Shown: positions 51,618-64,000 of the stretch, one piece after another
How positions within the stretch are numbered: the stretch's first letter is position 1
Layout of the letters: each line of letters opens with the position of its first letter
Assembly (NCBI GenBank): GCA_951406725.2
Contig: OX597817.1
Location: forward strand, 133,486,001 to 133,550,000
Origin: Octopus vulgaris
Taxonomy: Eukaryota
DNA: 64,000 nt
Reading direction: 5' to 3'
The notes under the pieces: generated by a model
What the model saw: the letters and a program-made list of their open reading frames with translations, nothing else
The model's database searches: none
Told to the model about the DNA's origin: nothing
Program-made: the position numbers and the translations under genes

Positions 51618-52455
51618 ATATATATTATACATTCACACACATCATATGCACACACATATGTAAGGAGTTAGCTTTGGTGAAGTATTGTCAATAGAACATG
51701 TTTTTCTTGTCATCTTCCTAATAGTAATAAGTAACAACCCTTCAGTATGCTACAGTAATGTTACAAATGTTTATCATATCATTAGTAAGCATTAAGGCCT
51801 ATGTCATATTTTTTGTTTTATGTTATAAGGATTTAGCTGTCCTTAGAAATTTATGTATTCATGACTTTGGGATTCATTGGAACAGGTGTTAAAAAGCTGA
51901 ATAACATGACTCTCAACCTATTTTGCAAATACCTTGCCAATATATATATAAAAGAATATATTTAAAGTCATATCATACCATACTGATCTTCCATCTTATA
52001 AGCTATCAGCCAGTAATGCGGCGCTCTGACTCTTATCTAATCTTCCTCTACATAGGTTGCATTTCTAATCCTGCTTTGAGAGTAGGTCTTCCAATATTAT
52101 TTGAGAATTCCCTCTCTTATTATTGAAGGAGAATTAAGTTTGATTGCTTCTATAATAGAACTGATAGAACATTTCCCTCAACAGATTCATAATCATATCT
52201 AAAATAAGAACAACTTCTCAGTTATGAATCTTTGTACACCATGTCCTATAATAAAGATAGCATAGCCACAGTATATTGATAAATTGCTTTGTTCAATTAT
52301 CTATTTCCCTGCTATTGATCCATCTATAGATGATGACATAGCAAAAATTAATATGTTATACTGATTATTTCATATGAACAGAATATGAATGCTTTCACCA
52401 CATACCACCAATCTTATATTTATTATTTCACTTCCTTTGTTATTGTAGATTCATT

Positions 52456-53099
<644 letters not shown>

Positions 53100-53479
53100 A
53101 TGTAAATTCATAACGTTACTATTAATAATAATAGTGATTCTTAACATTAATAGAAGGATACATATTTTGAGGGAGAGAGCAGTCTATTTGAATGACTTCA
53201 GCATTTGACTGGTACTTATTTTATTGATCCTGGAACGATGAAGGTCAAAGATGATCTCTGCAGGGATCAGTACATAAATAGGCAAAATTAAATACCATAA
53301 GGGACTCTACGGAATCTGCCATCCATATCACTAATATTGATTTCTAGTATTCACACAAAGTATGTTTGGAGAGGAACAAAGGATTATATTGACCAACCAG
53401 TACAGGACTGTTACATTTTAGTTGCTGAGTCTGGAAAAAGCTCTAAAGCCCATAATTTTTGCTAGTTCTACAGACCGCT

Positions 53480-54170
53480 GAGCTTGATGCTATTAATATT
53501 CCGTTGTTGCCGGTTTAACACCAGCTGGAAAACATGAGCATGGACAGGATTGCAGATGTAATAAGGAGAGGGACTGGACAAAGTGGTTAATGTGGTGTCT
53601 GTGGGAAAGGGTTGGACATAGTAAGAGTGATGAGAGTGGACAGACATATGGATTGGGAGTGCTGGAAGGAAGGAGGTACAAGATCAGCCAACTCTGCAAA
53701 ACACAAACCATTTTCATAACAATAGAAAAGACGGAGAGAAACAGCACACATGCGAAGCAGAGCTTGAAGCATGTTAGTGATTAAAGCTAGTCTGTTAAGC
53801 GGCTCTTCTCCATGTGTATATTAGCAGCACTGTCCTAGATATGGAAGCAGTATAGGCTTGCTTGAACTTTGTTGAGTGCAAGCAATTGTTGGAGGCTGAA
53901 ATATTTTCTGACTCTGAAATGAAGAACCAGCCTTTGTGGGTGTGATCCTAACTATGTTAAGGATGTGCTTTCACCAGGAGAGTTTTCTGAGTTGGAGGAG
54001 TTGCTTTTTTTGAATTGGGATACATTGAAATGTGCTTCAAAATGTCAAGCAGTGTCTCAGTAAAGGGTGAGAGATCAAAGAGTTTGGTGAGTAAAAAAAG
54101 CAAGTTTTGGGACTCAGTGTTTGAGTACAATGGAAAAGATGTTTATCAATCTTTCGATGGATGAAACTGA
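53480..54170 (-). mobile_element. Penelope-like GIY-YIG region remnant
   Basis: Fragmentary LYCF...SRLTD* (cf. IYCI...YIGET.RRL.DR). Confidence 0.35.
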
Positions 54171-55815
54171 CATTCATTGCATTATAATTTGTTATATTGT
54201 ATTTATAATAATAATAATAATTTCTAACTCAAGTGTAATTTTAAGGAAGGATGTAGTGCTTGACTGCTAGTTATTTCATCTAAAGCCATTAAAATAAGTA
54301 TCTAGGTTGATGTGATCAAATGCGTCCTCTGCTGAAAAGTGTGTCCTTGTGCTATTGTTGAGAACTTCATCATAATAACTTTGAGGAATGAAAAACAAAT
54401 TGATCTGTGCAGTGTCTGATTTCAGAAATCAAAGATATAACTGAATACTACGCAACACCTTTTCATTACTGACTTCCAGAATGCAAATAATAAGGAATTC
54501 CTGTATTAATTATAACAATGATAAAAGTTGTGAATTATAAATATTAGCCATCACTCAAAAGCTTGCATCACAAATTCAGGGAGTACAGTGTAAATATCAA
54601 GATATCTTTTATATTATCAATGGTAATTAAAACAAGGTTAAAGTTTTATTTACATATGATAATGAAATGGAAGAAAGAAATATCTTTATTGATTACTCTG
54701 AATAAAATTTAACTGGATAATGTTTTTTTTTTAATATTTGTTCGACTGCTGCACTCTTGTTGGTAACAGTTTTTCAGTAATTGAATTTTACTCTAAAAAT
54801 AGGTATTCATTATCATATTGCATTTCATAGTTTTTAGCTGTATAACATCCATCCTAAAATTTATACATATGTCTACATTTTTTTTAGAATTAACTAATTA
54901 GAAAAAAAGTGTTTTATAATATCATTGTGTAAGACACATTTTGACCATGTCTGTGTTATTAGGATACATTTCATAGAAGTACTCAAAAATTATAAAAATA
55001 ACACACAGTAGACCCATAAAAAGATTTACACAACACATCTAAGGAAATATTTTAAAATTACAAAAAATATAAAATAAAGGAACCAAGTGTCTGACACACA
55101 AGTAGCAAGTCAGTGGAATCAACACAACAACTTATCAATGGAATTATTTTTAAACGAATGAGTGTTATTATGGGCACATTTTGAACACTTCCATCCTTTA
55201 TTCAATGAACTGTTAGACAAGGATTAACAGTTGTTTTAAAACCGTAACTTGAGACTTACATGGCTTAATTTAATCTACACAATTATTGCTAAGCACCTTT
55301 ATAACAAACCTGTTCGTCATCATCATTATTGTTTAACGTCCACTTTTTCATGCTTGCATGGGTCAGATGGAATTGTTGAAGCAGATTTTCTATGGCCAAA
55401 TACCTTTCTTGTTGCCAATCACCTGTTTCCAAGCAAGCTAATATTTTTACCATAGTCAAACATGTTTTCATTGAAAACCGGAAACAAAGAACCTGGTTTG
55501 TGTGATGGTGATAATTGTTTACATTAATTGCTTGATGACAAGGAGAAACTACAAACACCCACCCCAACATATGCACATACACACACTATACATAAATACA
55601 ATGGACTTCCATTAGTTTCCATCTACTAAATCCAATCACAAGATTTTGGACAGTCCAGATTTATAATGAAAATCACTTGTCCATGCTGTGGGACTGAACC
55701 CAAAACTCAAAATTTTCCCAGCCCTCTAAATACATTTGGTGGTGTTCCTTGACTGCACTATTGTACTGCTTCTATCTCATCATATGAATTTGGAGCTGAG
55801 TGTTTGCTTAACATA

Positions 55816-57094
55816 CAGGGATTGGATGAAATAATGGAAGCACCTAGTGTAATAGCATCATAATTTTGAAATATCTATAAAACCATCAAAAGCTTGTTTA
55901 TTTTTATGCTTTTTCATTTATTATTAGAGTTGCTTAATATGGTTTGCTAAAATTGCTGTTTCTTTTCAGATATCATCAGAAAAAGGTAATTAAAATTCAT
56001 TAAAATGACAGATCTATTGGACTTTTAAAGAGGCCAAATTGTTGGTGCTCGTATGGCAGGTGCTAGTGTAATGAAAACAGCTGAAATGTTTGGTGTATCA
56101 AGAAGTACTGTCTCAAAAGGAATGACAGCCTTTGAGAAAGAGGAAGAAACCTCCTCATCAAAACAAAATTCTGGAAGAAAACCAGAACTTTCAGATAGGG
56201 AATGTCAGACTCTTATGCGAATTGTTAGAAAAGATCACAAAAGTACAGCTCCCAAAATTACTGCAGAGCTTAATGACCACCTTGAGAACCCAGTTTCCAC
56301 AAAAACTGTTCACTGGGAGCTGTACAAAGCCAGATTTTACAGGAGGGCTGCAATCATAAAACCATTACTTTCAAAAACAAACGTTACAAAGTGTTTAGAG
56401 TGGAATAAAAACCTACATAATTGGTCGCTAGAGCAGTGGAAGAATGTTATTTTCGCGGACGAGTCATCCTTTACTTTATTTCTAACCATTGGCCAAGTAT
56501 ACATGTGGAGACAGCCAAAAGAAGCTTTTGACCCAGACTGTCTTCTTCCAACTGTTAAACATGGAAGAGGAGCTGTGATGATCTGGGGGGAGAGGGCTAT
56601 ATCTTGGAAATCCGCCAGCCCAGTGGTTTCCCTTCATGGCAAAATTAATAGTCAAGACTATTTAAGCATTTTATCTGATGAAATTCATCCTATGTTTGCA
56701 GAACTGTTTTTGGAGGGAAATGCAATCATTCAGGATGATAATGCACCAATTCATACAGCTAAAGTTGTTACTGAATGGCACGGGGAACATTCTTGTGAAG
56801 TTGAACATCTTATCTGACCAGCGCAATCCCCAGATCTCAATATTATTGAACATTTATAAAGTATTTTCGAAAAACAAGTAAGAAGTCGATATCCTCCACC
56901 ATCATCATTACAAGAACTCGAGACTGTTTTAGCTAAAGAATGAACAAAAATTCCTTTGGAAGCAATTCAAACTTTGTACAAGTCCATACCTCATAAAATT
57001 CAAGCTTTAATTACTGCTGAAGGCGGCTCTACCCCATATTAAAGTAAATTTGTTTGAAATTTTAAATTGTTTCCATTATTTTGTCCAACCCCTG
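55816..57094 (+). mobile_element. Full-length Tc1-family DNA transposon (DD36E type), 1279 bp
   Basis: TA TSD on both sides; TIRs CAGGGATTGGATGAAATAATGGAAGCA / TGTTTCCATTATTTTGTCCAACCCCTG. Confidence 0.95.
56005..57042 (+). pseudogene. Tc1-like transposase pseudogene (346 codons, four in-frame stops, no frameshift)
   Basis: Paired-like HTH, SGRKPELS, WKNVIFADESSF, TVKHG, QDDNAPIH, *PAQSPDLNIIEHL, GGSTPY*. Confidence 0.95.
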
Positions 57095-57821
57095 TATATA
57101 GTATGTGTATGATTATTTGTTTTTTTAAATAGTGATGTTTTAATGGATAAGATTGATTAAACTCATGTAGCTCATGCTCTTGTAGATACATAGTTAACAG
57201 GTCAAATGGAGTAAAAATATAAAGATCTTCATGATATTAATTTTAGTGAACTTTTAAACAATGAAAAAATTTCAATAAGAAACTTGCATCCAGCCACATA
57301 GGTTGAACAGCAGAGAATAAATATCTAAATGCAAGTAATCCTACTTTCAATGTCATAAATATTATGTGCATCCTTTCTAAATTATCTTGTTTTTAATCCA
57401 GACATTAATTTTCAATGTGATTCCAAAAGTCCTGAGGCTGGTGAATATAATACAGCCAGAGATCTATATATATAAAGATGAGAATGTCTGTCCCTAAAAC
57501 TTGAGAACTACACAACCAATTACATTCAAATTTTACACATTCCTTACTTAGGATCCATGTTGTGTCATAGGCCAAAAAAATTTTTAACTTCTTGCCTAGT
57601 GCGAGCCCAGAGCAATATCATATCTCCTCCACTATTTCAGTATTACGTGTCAAAACTGAAACAATAACATCTCTCTATTGTAATGTCAGATATTTTCACT
57701 TTAATAGTTTCACTTTAATACTGAAACTATTAAAGTGAAACTGTTATCTCAAATATATACAGGTTACATACATACATACATATATGTAATATATATATAT
57801 ATTTTGTGTGTGTGTGTGTGT

Positions 57822-57857
<36 letters not shown>

Positions 57858-57862
<5 letters not shown>

Positions 57863-58148
57863 CAAAATGGGACAAGAACGCAAAGCATCCAGACAGTTAG
57901 GTGATACAAAAAAGGGACAACAAAACATCCGGATAGACGATACAAAGAAAACAAGGATGGGTCATTCAGAGTTTCCTTTCCTCAGTCAAGTTCCAGATTA
58001 TCTTTGCAATTTCGGCTGAGTATAAACAGCCGAAATTGCAAAGATAATCTGGAACTCGACTGAGGAAAAAAAAATTCCAAATGACCCATCCTTGTTTTCT
58101 TTGTATTGTCTATCTGGATGTTTTGCATTCTTGTCTCATTTTGTATTT
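57858..58148. repeat. Fold-back palindrome with 8-nt loop (58019-58026)
   Basis: 30 bp perfect stem AGTTCCAGATTATCTTTGCAATTTCGGCTG / CAGCCGAAATTGCAAAGATAATCTGGAACT, extending imperfectly to the TA flanks. Confidence 0.95.
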
Positions 58149-58258
58149 TATATATATATATAGTGGCATATGTACACTTTGGTCTGTTATATGTGTTTAT
58201 ATATATGTATACATCTGCACAAATGTATATGTATAGATGTATACATGTATAGTAGATA

Positions 58259-58316
<58 letters not shown>

Positions 58317-58376
58317 TGTACATGTATATATACACATATATACACCCATACACACACATACACGTGCACACACACA

Positions 58377-58537
58377 CGCGCAGGTGTGGATGTGTGGTAA
58401 GAAACTTGGTTCCAAAACACATGGTCCTGGGTTCAGTCCCACTGTGTGGTGACTTGGCATGTGTCTTCTGCTATAGACTCAGACCAACCAAAGCCTTGTG
58501 AGTGGATTTCATAAACACAAACTGAAAGAAATCAATC

Positions 58538-58579
<42 letters not shown>

Positions 58580-58685
58580 ATATGTAAGTGTATGTGTGTG
58601 TCTTCGTCTCTGTGTTTCTCCCTCATCACTGCTTCATAACTGCTGCTTGTTTATTTACATCCCCTTAACTTACTGGTTTGATAAG
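58377..58685 (+). mobile_element. Bipartite tRNA-derived SINE
   Basis: GTGGATGTGTGGTAAGAAACTT...GGGTTCAGTCCCACTG head, central TA/TG tract, partial distal half. Confidence 0.8.
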
Positions 58686-61277
58686 AAAATATAACATTTG
58701 AGAAAATGTCTAATTCTTCAAAAAGTCATGTAACACAGGCAATGCCAGGTATCTCTGCTAGTACATAGATAATTTAAGGCTTCTAGTTGAATCAGTGTCA
58801 TATCTTTGTACTTAAATTCTGTCTAAGTTAACCTTACTCTTTTACCCTCAAATATTAATAAAATTCATCATCACCATCATACTCATCTACTAAAGGCATC
58901 TAATGGCCAAATGGTAATTTCAAACTGGGTGACAGCGTTTTCCACTCAGGAACTGGTGCTGGCCTATCTATCAATTAACAGTCACTTCCTAAAATTAACA
59001 ACACTCCTACTCCACCCTAAAAATGCATACCTATACAAAAATACCTAAGACTTTCCTTTATACTAATCCTCTCAGACCAATGGGAAAGAGAAAGAAACAT
59101 AATTAGACTTGTAAGTGCTGTTATTTGAATATAGCTACACACACACACGCACATACATTGCAGAGAAAGTTTTTTTTTAAAATAAGGATAATACTAATCA
59201 ATACATTTAAAAAATTTATTATATATATATATAGTTCATTGGTGTATATGTATGCCTTTGTGTGGAGAGAGAGAGAGCACTTTTACTTTACATGTCATTC
59301 TATTATTCAATCCATCAATTTTTTCTTCAATCCATCTCTGTTTTAATCTCTCTCTTCCTCTTTTTCTTCCCTCACCACCCCATCCAACAATCCATCTATC
59401 CAACCATCCATCCATGATCAATTCATGAAGAAATAAACAGACTAAAATAATTTTACAGAATTCTAAGACTCTTTCCTGCATTCTTCCTCCAGGCATAGTT
59501 AAAAAGGAAGCAGCAATGTATGTGACTCCCATTTCCGCTTCACAATAGATGTTTCCAGAAACTTCTAAATAAAGCATCTATCAATCAGCTTAAAATTACT
59601 AAATGCATTACCTACTTTACTCATCTGGGCCACTGGAATTGTGGTGGGTGGGTGCATTATTGTGATACTGTTAAGGATGATGATGGTGGTGATGATTATG
59701 TTGGTTTGCAGGTGGGAGAGAAGGGGAGATGGAGTTTGATGAGAGGCAGTAAATGAACATTGCCAGCTTACAGCGCCTTTAACCTCCTTCCCTCTCAACC
59801 CCGTTAATCTTGGAATTTTCAACCAATCAATCATATCTAAGTGAATGAAAGCAACCACAAGAAGAAGAAGAAGAGAAACCACCTCATAAACAACCACATC
59901 ACTCCCTAAAGGGTGATAATGGATTTCACTTGTCAGTTAAACAAATGATCCATTGATTTCTTTAGTAATGTAAAAACACTGCCTTTTTTTTTTCTAGTAG
60001 TTGTATTATATTTCAATAGGAAGTCAACAACTGAGCTGATTGGGTAACAAAACAAAACATAAAGACACCACCACCACCACCACCACCACCACCACTACTA
60101 CTATTTTCAAAATTAAGTGAAACAAAAGCAAAAACTTCAAGTAGAAATGAATTACTTCTTGGCAAATGATAATGAGAATATAAATAGAAAGAGCTGAACA
60201 ACAATTAGTGAATGCATAAGAGACTAATTAACAAACTATAAGCTAAACATAATTTTTACATAAATACAGTAAAATTCAGAATCCAAGAAAATTGGTGATA
60301 GTTTGCATTGGCAAAAATTTTACATTGATAAATTTAGATAACAAGATTTTTTCAAGAATAATATTGATTCTTAAGAGTATTACTTAGCTCTAGATTTTGA
60401 AAATATTAAAATTTTCCTCAAGTTCTTGCTAAAGTTTCTTGCAAGATATTTGTGGATGGCTCAGTATTAATTCCATTGCTAGGTATACTAAGGCAAGTGT
60501 AGAAAAACTTGTGTTTTGCTGAAAGAGACAATGAAACACTTGCAGAGGGATTAATTTACAGATGAAAAGCTGGTAATCAAATTTAATATCCATTATATAC
60601 AAGCCTTTTCTTCTCAATGGTATACGTTTATAATGAAAGAATATAACATTCTGTATCCCAGATGAGCCATTAAATAGTATGAATGGCTCCATATTAGAGA
60701 AATTTATCGAATCTCTAGTAATGTATTTAATCATTTGTGTGTGTGTACTTGTGAACAAACAATTATAGCTGTTAAGTCTGGTTTCCATGCTAGGAAGTCT
60801 GCAACACTGCATATCTCCAATTGTCTCAATCTTTATTATCTTTTATTATTATTATTATTATTATTCATAGCTTAGTGGAGGAGCACCCATGGCCATTCTG
60901 GTAGACTTTAAGATTATTGGTGAATGAGAAACTGAAGATCTGGTCCAAATACTTGCCACAGAGTAGATACTACTTTAGGTACTTAAGGGCCAGGTGGGAA
61001 TTTCAAGCTGGTTGATGGATTAAGTCTTCCACCCAAGAACTGGGGCTATGCATCTGATAGGTTTCCACGCACTTATCTGCCCAATTTCAGTACTCACAAA
61101 TGCTTATGCTAACTTGAAGTTATGGTAGAAAACACTGACCCAAGGAACTGCATATTGGGATCAAAGCCAGAACCATATTATTGTGGATGTAATTCCTGAA
61201 TGCTAAAATTCCTCGCTGGAATCACTAATTTGTTTTTGACTTTGCTTACAGAATTTTAAAAAATGATATACCTTATA

Positions 61278-61486
61278 GAGGCGGTGAGCTGCAGAAACAT
61301 TGGCATGCTCAGCGAAATGCTTAGTGGTATTTCATCTGTCTTTCTGTTCATTCCACTGAGGTCGACTGTGCCTTTCATCCTTTCAGGGCCGATAAATCAA
61401 GTACCACTTGCATACTGGGGTCGATCTAATCGACAGGCTCCCTCCCCCCAAATTTCAGGCCCTCTGCCTAGAGTTGAGAAGGATAT
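61278..61486 (+). mobile_element. tRNA-derived SINE (family of 8700-9826)
   Basis: GGCGGTGAGCTGCAGAAAC...GAGGTCGACTGTGCCTTTCATCCTTTC...TACTGGGGTCGATCTAATCGAC. Confidence 0.8.
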
Positions 61487-62610
61487 ATCTTATAAGGCAA
61501 ATATGTATATATAATTACTTGGTTAAAAATACCTACAGTTTATGTAACATTTGCTTTTTCCTATAGGATCCATTTGTCTCTCATGTCTTGGATCATGGCT
61601 TATTATAAGATCTTTCTATTATTTTTATGGGGGTCTCTTTCTCTCTCTCTATCTTTCTTTCTCTTTCTCTCACACCCATATTTCATGAACTCTGATTTAC
61701 CTCAAAGTTTGGTTTGTTCTCCACACTCCTCCTACTATGCCTGCAACAATTCCTGCACCTACATTTACAATACTACTCTTTACTTTGTTCTCTAACCATA
61801 TCTGCTCAAGAAACATCCACATGTAATTTTGACACCTTATTCAACACCATTTCCATGCACGCAAACCTTGGAAGACATTCTCTGTTACTACTATGCTAAT
61901 CTCTACTCCTGCAATTGCAAAGAGATACAATCATTGAACATATCAGGAAAACATTGCATCCCCCTCACTAAGCATGGATGGCAAGCAACTAGAGCCCACT
62001 TAATTGATTCAAATGCTGGGCTTCACCAAAACTGAGGATCTCCTCTGGTGAGAGCACATACTCAACGTGGCAATGATTAGCCTTTTCTCGTCACAAAATA
62101 CTTTCACTCTATCAACTACTAACTTTCTTCTATATTCAAATGAGACCCACGATGAAGTTCTTACATATGGGAAAGAGTTGTTGTTACACATACATAAACA
62201 TCCTAAACTGTATTCAGTGAATAGTCACTCAGCTACTTAGCGTATAGTCCTTCACCAACATATTGCAATGGTTCTTAGATATATTGTTTATTCTCTGCTT
62301 CTACTACAACTACTGCAATGACCTCTGTTCTTTAGAACTGGCTGGTCTCATACCACCTCCACTTGGCTACACCTGAATTACTTGTCTCTCCTCTATTCAC
62401 TTATAATGTGTTCCTCTTTCCAGGCCCCACACTTACCACTACACCCAGTTATTCCTACTCAGAATGTTTGCCATTAGGAAATTCATCTTTACTTTTGATG
62501 TTCCTGCAATTTTGACTTGCAACTGTTAACACTATGAACACAACCTCTTCCTCCTGACTAAACTAATAAAAGAAATACATACATGCGTGTGTGTATGTGT
62601 GTAAGTATGT

Positions 62611-63059
62611 GTGGCTGATCTCTCTAATTGTAGTGGGAACATGTGGAAGGGGTAGACTCAGGAAGGCATGGGACGAAGTGGTGAGAAAGGATCTACAAAT
62701 GCTGAGACTCACAGAAGGGACGACTGGGGACTGAGACTCCTGGTGGTTTGCTGTGCTTGAAAATACATGTGAAACTAAGTAAAAGCATGGTTGTCCTTGC
62801 ATACAGGCTTGTTCCCTGCAAACCTCTCCAGTTGAGCATCACTAATCTCATGGGTTCATAGGTGCTGCTACCCATGCTCGTGCTGTATAAATGCACTCAG
62901 TACACTCTGTAAAGTTGTTGGCATTAGGAAGGGTATCCAACCGTAAAAACCATGCCAGAACAAACAGAGACCTGAATAGCCCCCTTCAGCTGGTCAGCTT
63001 TGGTCAAACTGTCATCCTATGCCAGCATGGAAAACAGACGTTAAATGATGATGATGATA
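62611..63059 (+). mobile_element. RTE 3' fragment
   Basis: GTCGRGRLRKAWDEVVRKDL, then 3' UTR and (GAT)n tail. Confidence 0.85.
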
Positions 63060-64000
63060 TTTCATCATCATCATTTTAACATGTATTATTCCATACTTGT
63101 ATGGTCCATGCAAGAATTTTGTGAGGCAAAATGGCCTTCCTGTTGCCAATCTTTGTCTATTTCTGAGCTAGTTAATAATTCCCTCATTCTATTCAACACA
63201 GAACAGCCTAGGCACACATTCACAGAGAACTGTAAACAAATGGCACTGTCTGTATGAATGGTAACTCTTTGTTTACAGTCAACACACACATATCAAGACC
63301 TATCAAGAAAGCTGGGTATATTTTCATTGAGGACTGCAAATAAACAACATCATTTTTATAAATCAAAACTTCTCAGACATTTTACTTGATACACTCCTAT
63401 AACAAAATTTGATTTGCATCCATTCTCATACAATCAAGTCTTCAATTACAAAACTTAACTGATTCACTAGAAAAGAATCAGTCAACACAGTCAGCTATAA
63501 ATGCAAACACATCTTTAATGTTTGAATGATTTCTGTAATGAGAAGGATAGGTTTGATTATCAGGAGAAAATCATGAATATTAAGTTGTAGGTTTGTGAAT
63601 TTGAGCAACAACTTATATGATCTATGTTCAAAGTGCTTCTCTTATGGCAAAAACATAATAAAATGGGTTCAACAGTTGCATAGTAGCTGGGATATTTTGC
63701 TACAATCTTTTCAAAAAATCAAAACCATTTTGGTCAGAGTAGGATCATTTGTTCCTTTAAATAATCCGTTTGTTTTCAATGAGTTATAACTGAACAATGT
63801 ATCACTGGCAGCCATCACATCCAGTTTGGCATTCTCTTGGAAATTTTTGTTCTAGTATAAATGGATTTCTAAATGTAGAGTAATTAATTCATCTCTGGTA
63901 GATCCATATGCATTTATTTGCCCTTTTAGTGCTCTAAATACAGCCCTTTGAGAAGGCCTGGTATAAAGAGTGACACTTTGTTTACAATCAGCACAACCAA

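Larger units (their letters stand above)
57463..58761 (+). mobile_element. Non-autonomous Helitron-type element with nested insertions
   Basis: A|TCTATATATATAAAG start; ends CAGGCAATGCCAGGTATCTCTGCTAG|T, with termini related to 14094-14957. Confidence 0.65.

Overview
Eukaryotic, AT-rich, microsatellite-dense DNA. The repeat families look like those of an octopod cephalopod (my recognition, not a database result). No intact host CDS, rRNA, tRNA, CRISPR array or prokaryotic system is visible, and nearly all listed ORFs are spurious or transposon-derived. The window is mostly a transposon graveyard: RTE-clade LINE pieces (one with RT and an embedded PHD-like finger), R4/Dong-like elements in (TAA)n arrays, several Penelope-like remnants (one Naiad-like), a decayed Gypsy gag-protease with an LTR, a full-length but dead DD36E Tc1-family transposon, MITEs, two Helitron-type elements and many tRNA-derived SINEs. 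The most interesting non-TE signal is a series of minus-strand splice-signal cassettes in unique sequence: 18-, 9/30-, 39-, 15- and 6-nt frame-preserving exon candidates and an AG|GTAAGT recursive-splice-like site. These suggest the window lies inside long introns of an unidentified minus-strand gene. This is inference and needs RNA-seq. Two long fold-back structures and two local templated duplications are also notable. Boundaries of degraded repeats are approximate.
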